Numbered from the whole stretch's first letter, positions 13,378 to 26,365 are shown. The stretch is DNA of 63,952 nucleotides, filler included, from Octopus bimaculoides (GCF_001194135.2; 8 parts of 7 records of this genome joined end to end with filler, not necessarily neighbours in it), one strand, 5' to 3'. Notes: a model not told the origin generated them from the letters alone. A program made the numbers and translations.

Positions 13378-13565
13378 TTATCTGTCTATATATGAAATAT
13401 ATTTTATGTGTGTGTGTATAAGTCTGTGTATAATATATATTATATATATATGTGTGTGTGTGTGTAAAAAGTCTATATATCAGATATATATTTTATATAT
13501 GTGTGTGTGTGTGTGTATGTGTGTGTGTGTGTGTGTGTGCATGTGTGCGTGCGTGTGTGTGTGTG
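11465..13565. repeat. Compound (CA)/(TA)/(TG) microsatellite and cryptic minisatellite spanning a gap
   Basis: Direct reading; recurring unit (tg)n-tataatatgtctatatataa in 12870-13500. Confidence 0.92.
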
Positions 13566-13730
13566 TGGCATTGTCTTTCATTCATTTGAAATAAATTATT
13601 TTTCGACCATTCAATTATCATCATTGGGATATATGGTATTTATTAATTTCATCCCAGTCGTCTTCATCATCGCCATGCCTTGCATCTCCTACACTATGGT
13701 CATCATCATCATCACCACCACCTCTACCAC

Positions 13731-13774
<44 letters not shown>

Positions 13775-13907
13775 ACATCATCGTTTTAAATTGTTGTGGC
13801 ATCAGCAATAACAGCGACCGTAGCAGAATCGCCATTATCCTCAAAGTTGCTGATAACAATAGCAATGTAAACTATATAAATATTATTGCCAAAAAATCAA
13901 CACCGCA

Positions 13908-13994
<87 letters not shown>

Positions 13995-14776
13995 NNNNNN
14001 NNNNNNNNNNNNNNNNNNNNNNNNNNNNNNNNNNNNNNNNNNNNNNNNNNNNNNNNNNNNNNNNNNNNNNNNNNNNNNNNNNNNNNNNNNNNNNNNNNNN
14101 NNNNNNNNNNNNNNNNNNNNNNNNNNNNNNNNNNNNNNNNNNNNNNNNNNNNNNNNNNNNNNNNNNNNNNNNNNNNNNNNNNNNNNNNNNNNNNNNNNNN
14201 NNNNNNNNNNNNNNNNNNNNNNNNNNNNNNNNNNNNNNNNNNNNNNNNNNNNNNNNNNNNNNNNNNNNNNNNNNNNNNNNNNNNNNNNNNNNNNNNNNNN
14301 NNNNNNNNNNNNNNNNNNNNNNNNNNNNNNNNNNNNNNNNNNNNNNNNNNNNNNNNNNNNNNNNNNNNNNNNNNNNNNNNNNNNNNNNNNNNNNNNNNNN
14401 NNNNNNNNNNNNNNNNNNNNNNNNNNNNNNNNNNNNNNNNNNNNNNNNNNNNNNNNNNNNNNNNNNNNNNNNNNNNNNNNNNNNNNNNNNNNNNNNNNNN
14501 NNNNNNNNNNNNNNNNNNNNNNNNNNNNNNNNNNNNNNNNNNNNNNNNNNNNNNNNNNNNNNNNNNNNNNNNNNNNNNNNNNNNNNNNNNNNNNNNNNNN
14601 NNNNNNNNNNNNNNNNNNNNNNNNNNNNNNNNNNNNNNNNNNNNNNNNNNNNNNNNNNNNNNNNNNNNNNNNNNNNNNNNNNNNNNNNNNNNNNNNNNNN
14701 NNNNNNNNNNNNNNNNNNNNNNNNNNNNNNNNNNNNNNNNNNNNNNNNNNNNNNNNNNNNNNNNNNNNNNNNNATA

Positions 14777-15158
14777 GGCGCAGGAGTGGCTGTGTGGTAA
14801 GTAGCTTGCTTTCCAACCACATGGTTCCGGGGTCAGTCCCACTGTGTGTCTTCTACTATAGCCTCATGCTGACCAAAGTCTTGTGAGTGGATTTGGTAAA
14901 GGGAAACTGAAAGAAGCTCGTTGTATATGTGTGTCTGTCCGTCTGTCTGTCTGTGTCTGTGTTTGTCCCTCCAACATCGCGTGACGACCGATGGTAGTGT
15001 GTTTATATCCCCGTAACTTAGCTGTTCGGTAAAAGGGACCCATAGAATAAGTACTAGGCTTACAAAGAATAAGTTCTGGAGTCGATTTCCTCGACTAAAG
15101 ACGGTGCTCCAGCATGGCCGCAGTCAAATGTCTGAAACAAGTAAAAGAATAAAAGAAT
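14777..15158 (+). mobile_element. Near full-length SINE family A
   Basis: tRNA-like head, internal (TCTG)n, tail ggtgctccagcatggccgcagtcaaatgtctgaaacaag(taaaagaa)n. Confidence 0.93.
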
Positions 15159-15413
15159 ATGTGTGTGAGAGACTGTGTGTGCGCGCACACACACACACAA
15201 ACACACTTCAAGTCGTAGAATAGGATTTTTGAGGTATTAAATCTATTCTTTAGTTACGTGCGTTTCAACAATACATGGCAGATATAAATTTTTTCATGAA
15301 TATAAATATCAATAAAAGTATAAATTGTTTCTAATATTTCAACATATTTCATGTGATCCGTGCGCATGTCACCAGACGAGGTTAAATAATAATAGGCGTA
15401 TGTGCATGTGTGT

Positions 15414-15448
<35 letters not shown>

Positions 15449-15519
15449 AATGTGTATGGATGTGTGTATGTACATATATATGCGTACCTACGTATTATCT
15501 AAGAATGTATTCTTATATT

Positions 15520-15564
<45 letters not shown>

Positions 15565-15664
15565 NNNNNNNNNNNNNNNNNNNNNNNNNNNNNNNNNNNN
15601 NNNNNNNNTTAATTAATTAANNNNNNNNNNNNNNNNNNNNNNNNNNNNNNNNNNNNNNNNNNNN
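15565..15664. other. Assembly join marker 44N-TTAATTAATTAA-44N (also at 28007, 35110, 39304, 56135, 59915, 62582)
   Basis: Identical 100-bp structure seven times; the 12-mer has stops in all six frames. Confidence 0.95.
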
Positions 15665-18492
15665 TATATATATAGTTATATATTTTATATACTCATACCT
15701 ATGTAAATGAAAATGTGTGTGTGTATATATATATATATACACATTTGTTTGAGAATATGTACGTCTCTGATTTCTTTTAAGTTTTTGACATACGTACCTC
15801 CAGACACGTAAGTGTGATGGAAGGGAAAGAGAAAAGAAATTGACAGAACAGTGTGCTGGGCAGAGTTGAATCTTATTTATGCCATCATTTCAGTTTCATG
15901 TGTGTTCTGGTTAAAATCTACACATTAGCTCACACAAATGAAATGTTTGTGAACACACTGATGCCCGAATAGTTAACGTGTCTGTAGACACGATTGACAA
16001 GATCAGCCCTTATCTGGCAAGCTATGTTGAAATACATACACATAGTGATATATATATATATATATATANNNNNNNNNNNNNNNNNNNNNNNNNNNNNNNN
16101 NNNNNNNNNNNNNNNNNNNNNNNNNNNNNNNNNNNNNNNNNNNNNNNNNNNNNNNNNNNNNNNNNNNNNNNNNNNNNNNNNNNNNNNNNNNNNNNNNNNN
16201 NNNNNNNNNNNNNNNNNNNNNNNNNNNNNNNNNNNNNNNNNNNNNNNNNNNNNNNNNNNNNNNNNNNNNNNNNNNNNNNNNNNNNNNNNNNNNNNNNNNN
16301 NNNNNNNNNNNNNNNNNNNNNNNNNNNNNNNNNNNNNNNNNNNNNNNNNNNNNNNNNNNNNNNNNNNNNNNNNNNNNNNNNNNNNNNNNNNNNNNNNNNN
16401 NNNNNNNNNNNNNNNNNNNNNNNNNNNNNNNNNNNNNNNNNNNNNNNNNNNNNNNNNNNNNNNNNNNNNNNNNNNNNNNNNNNNNNNNNNNNNNNNNNNN
16501 NNNNNNNNNNNNNNNNNNNNNNNNNNNNNNNNNNNNNNNNNNNNNNNNNNNNNNNNNNNNNNNNNNNNNNNNNNNNNNNNNNNNNNNNNNNNNNNNNNNN
16601 NNNNNNNNNNNNNNNNNNNNNNNNNNNNNNNNNNNNNNNNNNNNNNNNNNNNNNNNNNNNNNNNNNNNAAGCATGAGTGAGAGATCCAGACACTTGCCTT
16701 CTTCTGTCCTGGCGACACCTTTCTCTGATTCCTTTGTTGTTGTTATTTACTCTGTCGTTTTGTTCTGGTTACTGCAGGTGCGGGATAATTTTTCGCCGAA
16801 ATTCTGGTCTAGTTTGGATGCTTTGCCTGTATCTGTAGTTGTATGTACTCACAGCAGTGTTTGATGTCTAAAAAATGTACTGGTCTATAACTGTGGAGGA
16901 TGAAAAAAATAGCTTTTATATATTGATCCTGTTAAGTGTGAGTGTGTTGGAAAGAGAAAGAGAAAGAGTATTATGATCACTTGAGTAAAAATGTCTCTGA
17001 GACAGTGATAGAGGAAAGTCTGTGAATGTTTGTCCTGTTTAACTACAAGAACATGGAGTGAAAAAGAGGTGAAATGTCTATTAGTTTTTTTTTGAAAAAA
17101 AAAACGATGCTGCATTTAAGAATAGTTAGAGATTCCAGGATTGATATACATATTTAAACATGTAAGGAAGAATATCTGGAGATGTTGTTCAGAAGAGAAA
17201 ACAGATCAGTCGCTGCAATATTTTCCTCCGTCCGACAGGCCGGTGTGAGTCTGTATGTGTGTGTGAGAAAGTGAGAAAAAAGACAAGCAAGTAAGAGAGA
17301 GAACTTTTTGTGTGTGTGTGAGCGAGGTCGACAGACATATGTAAGGCTGGTCCAGATTACAGCACCATAGTTTTTTAGCAAATAAATTATGTTGTCTGTG
17401 TGTCGCCGCTTCCGTGTTTGCTTAGTGTGTGTGTACGTGTACATTGATGGACGTACACTGTATGTGTACATACATACATACATACAGACAGACATACAGA
17501 TATTTCGGTGTAAAATATTCTGTCTTTGACAGGCGACGTTGTGCTTAATAGCATATTTTTTAAAACTGTCTCCTCTTGTAGACAGTATGAATTTGAAACC
17601 TAATCATAAAGAATTATGGTTACAAAAGCATTTCATACACGCACGTATAGATATATTTATATACGTGTGAAATATTTTCCATATGTAAAATGAGTGCGTA
17701 TATATATATTTTTTAGAAGAGTACAGATCTTAAGTGAAATACTATATTTCTGCATGTACTATATGTATGTATGTACACAACGTGTGTGCGCGTCTGATAT
17801 ATAAGCCAAACTTAAAAGGAAGTGACTTTTACTAAAGGTGTGGTACTTATTATCTCAAGGAAAAGTGGTGATGGTGACTTCGAAGTTTTGTCGATCGTGA
17901 TCTTGTCATGTACACATACATACATACATACTTACATATATATATGTGTGTACACACACACACACACACACACACANNNNNNNNNNNNNNNNNNNNNNNN
18001 NNNNNNNNNNNNNNNNNNNNNNNNNNNNNNNNNNNNNNNNNNNNNNNNNNNNNNNNNNNNNNNNNNNNNNNNNNNNNNNNNNNNNNNNNNNNNNNNNNNN
18101 NNNNNNNNNNNNNNNNNNNNNNNNNNNNNNNNNNNNNNNNNNNNNNNNNNNNNNNNNNNNNNNNNNNNNNNNNNNNNNNNNNNNNNNNNNNNNNNNNNNN
18201 NNNNNNNNNNNNNNNNNNNNNNNNNNNNNNNNNNNNNNNNNNNNNNNNNNNNNNNNNNNNNNNNNNNNNNNNNNNNNNNNNNNNNNNNNNNNNNNNNNNN
18301 NNNNNNNNNNNNNNNNNNNNNNNNNNNNNNNNNNNNNNNNNNNNNNNNNNNNNNNNNNNNNNNNNNNNNNNNNNNNNNNNNNNNNNNNNNNNNNNNNNNN
18401 NNNNNNNNNNNNNNNNNNNNATATATATATATATATATATATACATACACACACATACATACACACATACATACATATATACATACATACAT

Positions 18493-18684
18493 AGTTTTTC
18501 ATACATCATCCTGTGATGCACCTGAACACATCAGTTATTTTTCCTGGGGTCAGCATGATCCACACCCTTCTGCGGTCTAGACAGCCAACCTGACTGCTTT
18601 TCGACAATTGGTCCCTGTAGTGCGAAACATATTTGTAAGTTCTGCAGAAGACTGGCTTGCCGACCCTCTGCACATAACTTTGAT
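18493..18684 (-). mobile_element. Internally deleted duplicate of the HERO-like element 3' end
   Basis: Repeats the 'CRG...ELTN...TGTN' coding segment and the ...ggatgatgtatg(g/a)aaaac terminus of 18685-19159. Confidence 0.8.
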
Positions 18685-19159
18685 GGTTTTCCATACATCA
18701 TCCTGTAATGCACCTAGACACATCATCAGTGATGTTGACTGGGGTCAAGTGGGCGAATTAGGTGTTTCAGGTAGGTCTTTCAATATCAGACACCCTCGCC
18801 CAGGTAACCCAGCTGGGTTTGATCAAGCCCCATTTTGTTTCCAGCCAGCACTTCCTCTGATAGCACTGTTCCTTCCAATGCTCGCTCTTCTCGATCCACG
18901 GCCGTCTTGAGATAACCCTTTTGTTGCTCTCACAGCCATCCTGACTGCTCTCCGCCAATTGGTCCCTGTGATGTGAAGCACGTTTGTAAGTTCTGCAGAG
19001 GAACAGGCCTGCAACCCTCTGCACCCGACTTTGATGACATCATACTTTGCTTGCCAACCATTGCTTTGGTATAACTCCACCAGCCCAGCTTTTCTTTTCT
19101 CTTACTCTCAGCTGCCTCCTTGATGCGGTCCTCACAGGTAATGGAAGACCACCTGCTTG
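18685..19159 (-). mobile_element. HERO-like (R2-superfamily, REL endonuclease) non-LTR retrotransposon, 3' part and 3' UTR
   Basis: With frameshifts: KQVV..EDRIKEAAE..K..ELYQSNGWQAKYDVIKVGCRG; tail gggcgagggtgtctgatattgaaagacc...catcactgatgatgtgtc resembles HERO 3' UTRs as I recall them. Confidence 0.85.
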
Positions 19160-19163
19160 CATT

Positions 19164-21991
19164 TGTAGCGAACTCTAGTGGACTTCCTCTCTCTATTATA
19201 TATACATACATACACGAACGTAACAGGCAACAGCTAACCTTTGGGCGCTGTTTTGGACCTCGTTGGTATTGGCGCAATTTGTCTCTTACTCTATCGCGCG
19301 CCAATATGCAACCCAACCAATCGCAGCCTCCAAATAAATCACGTGAGACAGTCTGTTTTAAACTGCATTTGAGCCTACCGTTAGCTATAAAAACTCACCT
19401 CCTTCTAGTCTCGGAGTTTGTTGGTTTCAGACCTTCTAAGGTCTAACCACTAACCACATTACAGCGACCTCCATCCTCGTCGCTACCATCATGTCTCTCA
19501 TCAACGTCGTCAACAACATCTATACAGCACCGAGAACACTGCACAGGTCCTAACATATCGCTGTTCGTGAGCTTCTCACCAGGGTTAACAGCAAATATAC
19601 AACCCACGCAGATGCATATATATATATGTATAAATGTCCATCAACCACTTCCATTGATCATTCAGCTTGTGTATATATACGTGTGGCCGGCATTAAAGAC
19701 ATTTGAAGTTACCATCTTGTTCCATGTATTTCTTTATACCAGATTTCCTGTCAAATGATATTACGGCCTTCTGAGTGAGTCACATTAGATGGCTCAACAG
19801 CCTATCACTAACTAAAATGGTGAACCTCGGACGAATTATGACTAGTGAATACGTATTCCTTTTTTCTCCTTCGCGACTTCGTTTACGCAACCAAACCGCC
19901 ACTCATCGCATGGGAAAATACCACTGATATCCCTCGTATCCATATTGTCTTCTTCACCAGAAAATTTTAATGCCATTTTATAGCGGGAAACTGCAAATCA
20001 TTTTTCCTCGGGTTGTAACCGAATTTACAACTTTGTCTTTGCAGACACAGCGTTCTAGGGGAATATTCTTCTTGCTTGTAAAAAAGGAAAAAAAATTTCT
20101 CCTGAATTCACATGGACAACAAATTTTTTCCTACGTGACAGGTATGAGTTTCTTTCTCTCAACCACCCGGATTATCCACGTGTTGATCATATTTTTTCTT
20201 TATTTGTTAGCAAGGATTCCTATTTTCATCCTCTGCTACAGAAAAAAAAAATCCTTCTTCGCTGCTCGTCGTGTCTTCTTTCAGATAAGGTGTTTGAATG
20301 CTATTTCTAACGGCAGTTCTTTCAACCAGATTGTTCTTCGCGGCGTTCCGTTCCTATTATCGTCAAAATGAGTCCCTTTTCCTTTGCCTCAATGCGCTTC
20401 TTCGTCTTTCTCACGAGCTTGTATTTCTTCTGCTCCAGGCAACATTGCATCAGACACAGGAAGCGCTGCTGTTATTTCTCTCTCTCAGCCACGCGAATGA
20501 CACTTTGAGACATATTGGCCACTTCGGAATTAATTGAACTCTGCTTTAAAGACTAGGACTTTTCCTTGCCTGCACATTGTATTGTATTTCAGTAGTCTGT
20601 TTTTTTTTTTTTCATTTTTCTTTGCATATCACTTCCTTTTTCAGGACCTTACCTATGTATGTATGTACATATTCTTTAATATGTATGTATGTACATATTC
20701 TTTAATATGTATGCATGTACATATTCTTTAATATTGTGTAGATTATATGTTAACTTGTTTCAATGTTAATACACGCATGATTTTTTAATATTATGTATAT
20801 TATATGTTAACTTGTTTCAATGTTCATGCACCACATTCTATGGTTTTAGTTGTTTTTCTCATTGCTCCAGCATGCTAGCACCTCCAGCCTCTGCAAGAGA
20901 CCCACTGCTCTTGCAACACTAGCCTCTGCAAGTGACCTACCAAACTAACAACACTTTTTTCCACTACAAGCGACTCACTGGTCTTGCAGACAAAGTCTTG
21001 GCACTGCTCATGTCTCAGCAGCCAACATTGCATCTCAAACACTTCGACTTTTGCATCCTGTGATTTCCAGTATCCTGGACAGTTATCTCGTTTGCATTTC
21101 AGACGTTCTGTCTCAGACTATTTACATATCTTAACTTTGCCTCGCCAATGACTGTTCCGGAGAATAGACGTATGTTGTTATAGACACCGCATTCATATTT
21201 TCTCTCTTTCTGTATCATTATACCTAAGCCTTGTTCTATTTGATTGGACACCTTTCTTTGCTGCTACAGAAATCTTCCTTTTATCGTCTATTTTGTCTCC
21301 CACGAAATGATTTGTGGGAGTGGAGGCGCTGTCTGTAGCGAACTCTAGTGAACTTCCTCTCTCTATTATATTTACATACATACGAACGTAGCAGGCAACA
21401 GCTAACCTTTGGGCGCTGTTTTAGACCCCATTGTGTCTAACACTCTGATTAGTTGGTATTGGCGTAATTTGTCTCTTACACTATCGCGCGCCAATATGCA
21501 ACCCAACCAATCGCAGCCTCCAAATAAATCACGTGAGACAGTCTGTTCTAAACTGCATTTGAGCCTACCGTTAGCTATAAAAACTCACCTCCTTCTAGTC
21601 TCGGAGTTTGTTGGTTTCAGACCTTCTAAGGTCTAACCACTAACCACATTACAGCGACCGCCATCTTCGTCGCCACCATCATGTCTCTCATCAACAACAT
21701 CTACACAGCACCGACAACACTGCACAGGTCCTAACATATCGCTGTTCGTGAGCTTTTCACCAGGGTTAACAACGAATATACAACCTACGCAGATGCATGT
21801 AGATATATGTATAAATGCCCATCAACCATTAACATTCAGCTTGTGAATATATACGTGTGGCCGGCATTAAATACATTTAAAGTTACCATCTTGTTCCATG
21901 TATTTCTTTATACCGGATTTCCTGTCAAATGATATTACAGCCTTCTGAGTGAGTCACATTAGGCGGTTCAACAACAACCTACTCATCTATA
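19164..21991 (+). mobile_element. Internally deleted Gypsy-type LTR retrotransposon (two about 655-bp LTRs, gag remnant, no pol)
   Basis: Direct repeats 19164-19816 and 21334-21991 starting TGTAG; PBS-like tggtgaacctcggacg at 19818 (degenerate complement of a tRNA-Trp 3' end); PPT-like gggagtggagg at 21316-21326; gag-like motifs PSSLL.RR near 20250 and ALATLASASDLP...LTGLADKVL near 20915-21010. Confidence 0.85.
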
Positions 21992-21995
21992 CATT

Positions 21996-22532
21996 TTTCG
22001 CGCTGTTGTTTGGCCGTACAGTAGTCATGGTAGCTGCTGGTAAAAAAAAGAGTGTTTTGGGACTGCGTGAAAAAGTAATTAACAACACTTACGACAATTA
22101 ACAGAAGATTTTATTACTGGACATAGAGTTTTAACTGTATTGGTCTTTTACAAATAATAACAGCAACAATTACTTACTGGTAGAGATGAAAAACCGCGCT
22201 ACGTTCAAAGAAGTTACTTATGAGAACCTGAAGATATCTGTGCAAATATCCCAAAACAAGATTGGAGATGCATTTCACTCAGCCGCTTTCAATACTCTGC
22301 CTGGCAAGAGGTGAGACGTGTGAATGAGAGGCCAGTCTCAACATTCTGCAAAGAGTTTAGACGCCAGAAAGTGGATTTTATATGGGGCACAAAACGAAAA
22401 TTCAAGAAAATTGGACTACGCAGTGGTTGGATTTTAATTGGTTGCTTAATAGAGTGATCGCGTGAAACTATTGCGGTTTATTCGTGATATCTGACAGCGT
22501 ATCCAGAGATTCGGTTTCGAATCACCACTACA
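21996..22532 (-). mobile_element. Solo LTR of a second family
   Basis: Minus strand starts TGTAG; CCAAT, then ATATAAAA (22383-22376), then AATAAA (22115-22110) in promoter-to-polyA order; CATT on both sides. Confidence 0.65.
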
Positions 22533-22536
22533 CATT

Positions 22537-24900
22537 CTTATCAGCACCATATCTAATCTGTGTAATGTTGAAGCGACAGTTTCAGGAAGCTTCAGCTGTT
22601 TCTTCTGGTTGATTTTCAACTCCCAGTTTTTTCCATGACTACTTGGCCCGAGGGGGCGGGCCTAGTAGCTGGCGCCTTCTCCATGCCAGTACTGACAACG
22701 ATGTTAAACTTCGTGGGGGGGGGACAGAGGTGGCTCCTATCGCTAATCCTGCTTCGGATAGTGTTTGCTTTAATCGTCAGAACCTGGTAATGCCTCCAGC
22801 GGTAGCATCCCTCTCTCAGGACTTTTGGACGCCTATTAGGATGTGCTCCAGGGTTCTGTTCCTCGGACACAGAGGTTAATCAGATCACTTCAGGCAGAAC
22901 AAATTGAATGGGTTCTGTTGGAAATCGTAAACCGCCTGAATTGGGGATTTTATCTGGTGGAGCTCCGTTCTCGAAGGCCATACCATGAGACTTGGCGTAC
23001 CACTGCCTGGTCCCATCTTAGCCAGGCTCCTTGGTGCCGCATCCCAGCACATTTGCTGGCTCATTCTTCCTCAATCGAAGCTCACACCTCATCATAGATC
23101 AGCAGTCTCCTATTCTTTTCTTGCACCTTGTCGTAGTGGGGTATTGTAGTACTCCTCAGGCCAGCCTTTCTACGAAGTAGTATGTCCACGAGTGTTTCAT
23201 GTCTTAACTGCGTCTCTGCAGCCTTGACAGCCTCCATTGTTCTTCACTTCCACCCTATTTTGATTTCAATACCAGTCAGAGAGACTTTAGGGTGGCAGGA
23301 GTTTTAGCATTGTGAAACCTTCTGGCATGGATCACCATGAATTTGCTGATTTCAACTTGTTTTTTCTTTTCCATACAGGACGACATGGTTCAGGCGCCGA
23401 AGAAGCTCCAACCATTTCTGCAGGCAGGGACATTGAGACCCATATACCAAAAGCAGCCAAAGAACCCATAAGAAGATCCTATGTGATAAATCTAAGACTT
23501 AAACTTGCTAGGATATCATGGCTTGTCCACTGTGGACATCCAGGTTTCCAGTATCTTGTTGGTTTCACAGAGAGAAAAAAACCTTTCCCAGGCTCTTCAC
23601 TGGTTTCTCAATGATGGATGGTATCTGAGTGCTATTGACATTCTGAACCTGATTCTAATTTTGCCTTTCTTCAGCACAAGATATCTTTACTTAGCTAGCT
23701 TGAAATTCATGTGAGCCCATGTTATCAACCTGTCAAAGCCTTTTAGGATCCTTCTGTTCTTAACGACTAATGTTGTCACAGTTAGGTTATTCATAAAGAC
23801 TCTAATATGGGGGTAGGCGAACACCAAATATGGCGAGTGGCTTTCGACGTTGCACTTCCGCCAACTTTACCAACATGTTCATTGCAAGCGCGAAAAGGGT
23901 CTTTAAATGGTATATTCAGTGATGATGTGCTTCTTGGGCTTGTGTCACTCTGATGTAGAAGCTGCAGAGATTCTCAGATTGAAAACGTTGTTGTAATCCA
24001 GAATGATACCTTTTCAGAGCCTCTTAAACCAGCTTATAGAGTATGGACCTCTAGGCATTCGCAAGAATACCTATGGGTACATAACCACAGCACTACTAGG
24101 TCTCCCTTGTTCTCTCAGGATTTTCTAATTAACCGGTTGACCACACCTAAGTACTCTAGACACCCTGAGTCCATTGAAATTCCTTCTTTCTGAACTGAAA
24201 TATAGATTTAGGAATTCCTCAGGAGGTAGTTCATCAGGCACCTGGCAACAAAATACTGGTTATCTTTTCAACACTGAAGGAAGTGATTATTCTAAACTGA
24301 CTGATGGACTTTGACTCTTCTTCTTTTGGAATCCTCATCCTTTCTACGCACTTCCACTGCCAAACCACCTTACTTTTTTCCAAATCACCCTCAAAAGCCT
24401 GCAAAGCACCGTTAGGCAATTGTTATATACTTTGTAAGGTACCCTACTCGGCCCGGGAGCTAAAACTACTCTTGGCTTTCTGACCACATTCTGGATCTCA
24501 TTCCAACTAAGCTTCCTCCCATCAAATTCTCTAGTTGGAGAAGGTGGACTAACAATGGACCTGCAGTGTCCTAGGTCTTGGTCCCTGGAATAACACTGAA
24601 GGCGACTCTGAGGTGTAAGTCAATCGCTTCCTGGCTCTCTCTTTCTCTCCTTCTGCTGTCTTCTATACTACTCAGCTCTCTTCAATGTTAAAAGCTTTTT
24701 GTGGAGTATTTTCCACTACCTCCCTCGTCCCATGGAGGTGCTGTCTCGAGCTCTTAAGCTCTTGACTGAGTTGCTGGATTCTGCTGGTGTTATTACTCAT
24801 AACATAGGGACACTTCACATTTTTCTTCTCCTCCGGTCCACACTTGCCAGCCGCTAGACTAACGATATTATGTGTGTTCTTATTCGCTTTAGGGCGCAGT
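22537..24900 (-). pseudogene. HERO-like retrotransposon ORF remnant (RT domain and linker), 5'-truncated
   Basis: RIPKEEESKSISQFRII; GVRLPPIRVFMNNLTVTT (FMDD decayed to FMNN at 23797-23786); MNFK..K.R.LVLKKGK; IPSIIEKPVKSLGK; QGAWLRWDQAV; PKVLREGCYRWRHYQVL; QLKLPETVASTLHRLDMVLI; many stops and frameshifts. Confidence 0.9.
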
Positions 24901-24999
24901 ATTTCGCCCAGGGAACGTACTTGAAAGATATATATAGTGTTAAAAGACACAATATACATGGACGCCAGGTGAAAAATTTACACACACATACATATGTAT

Positions 25000-25092
25000 T
25001 CTCTTTTACACTTTTACATGTTTCAGTCATTTGACTGGAGCCATGCTGGAGCACCGCCTTTAGTCGAACAAATCAACCACAGGACTTATTCT
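25000..25092 (-). mobile_element. SINE family A tail
   Basis: tttcagtcatttgactggagccatgctggagcaccgcctttagtcgaacaaatc. Confidence 0.85.
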
Positions 25093-25428
25093 GTCTGTCT
25101 GTATATGTGCATCACTAAAACTCGAGAACTACCCAACCAATTTCATTCAAATTTTATACATACCTAACTTATAGTCCATGAAGTGTTATGGGACACGAAG
25201 ATTTTAAACTTCATGCCGAATGTGAGCCCGGAGCAATCTCTTATCTTTTGCACTATTTCAGTATTACGTGTCGAAAGTGAAAGAATAACATCTCTATTGT
25301 AATGTGAGATACTTTCAGTTTAATAGTTTCATTATTAATAATGAAACTCTTAAAGTGAAACTACTGTCACACATATATATCGCACATATATACATATATA
25401 TTATGTATTTATGTATGTATGTATGTAT

Positions 25429-25466
<38 letters not shown>

Positions 25467-25807
25467 GAATAATAACAATAAATGGACCAAAACGCATATA
25501 AATAAAAGTTCCTTTAATTCCTACATATGTTTAAAAATATATGNNNNNNNNNNNNNNNNNNNNNNNNNNNNNNNNNNNNNNNNNNNNNNNNNNNNNNNNN
25601 NNNNNNNNNNNNNNNNNNNNNNNNNNNNNNNNNNNNNNNNNNNNNNNNNNNNNNNNNNNNNNNNNNNNNNNNNNNNNNNNNNNNNNNNNNNNNNNNNNNN
25701 NNNNNNNNNNNNNNNNNNNNNNNNNNNNNNNNNNNNNNNNNNNNNNNNNNNNNNNNNNNNNNNNNNNNNNNNNNNNNNAAAAAATTTTGTCCTTAAGGAA
25801 AAAAACT

Positions 25808-26365
25808 AATAACATACTAATATAAAGCGAAGAAAGTAAATATGAAAAATAAATAAAGCATCATAGCCTAGTAATATATTATAATATTATACGGATATTA
25901 ACGCAAGTTAATGGTAAAACAAGGTACAGGATATTTAGTTGAAAAATAATAAAAATAATAATAATAATAATGTACACGTTTACAAGGAGAAGATCGGAAA
26001 TATTTAGTTGAAGTTACCAATGGTACGAACAACAACCAATGTGGCAATACTAGGAAGAATTTACTTAACTAACTATAAAAGGAGAAAATAAAGAACAAGT
26101 GGTGATGGAGGCAGAAATATATATTGTTTAAGATTATATTAAAAATATTAGGATTAATAACATACTGATTTGAAGCGAAGAATGTAAACATGATAAATGA
26201 AATATCATTACCTTGTAATATATTAATATACGGATGCTATCGCAAATCAATGGAAGAACAAGGTACAAGATATTTTGTTGAGAAATAATAATAACAACAA
26301 AGTGCATGCTTACAAGGAGAAGATCGAGTATATTAAGACAAAGTAACTAGTGGTACAAGGCAACT
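25808..26365 (+). repeat. Diverged direct duplication, about 220-bp homologous blocks with about 350-bp period
   Basis: taataacatact...aagcgaagaa...tacggat...aacaaggtaca.gatattt.gttga...ttacaagga.aagatcg occurs at 25808 and 26156. Confidence 0.8.

Noticed and set aside
15110-15150. SINE tail cagtc-aaat-gtctg-aaacaagta as a hammerhead
   Set aside because: No CYGANGA core; an ordinary LINE-recognition stem-loop explains it.
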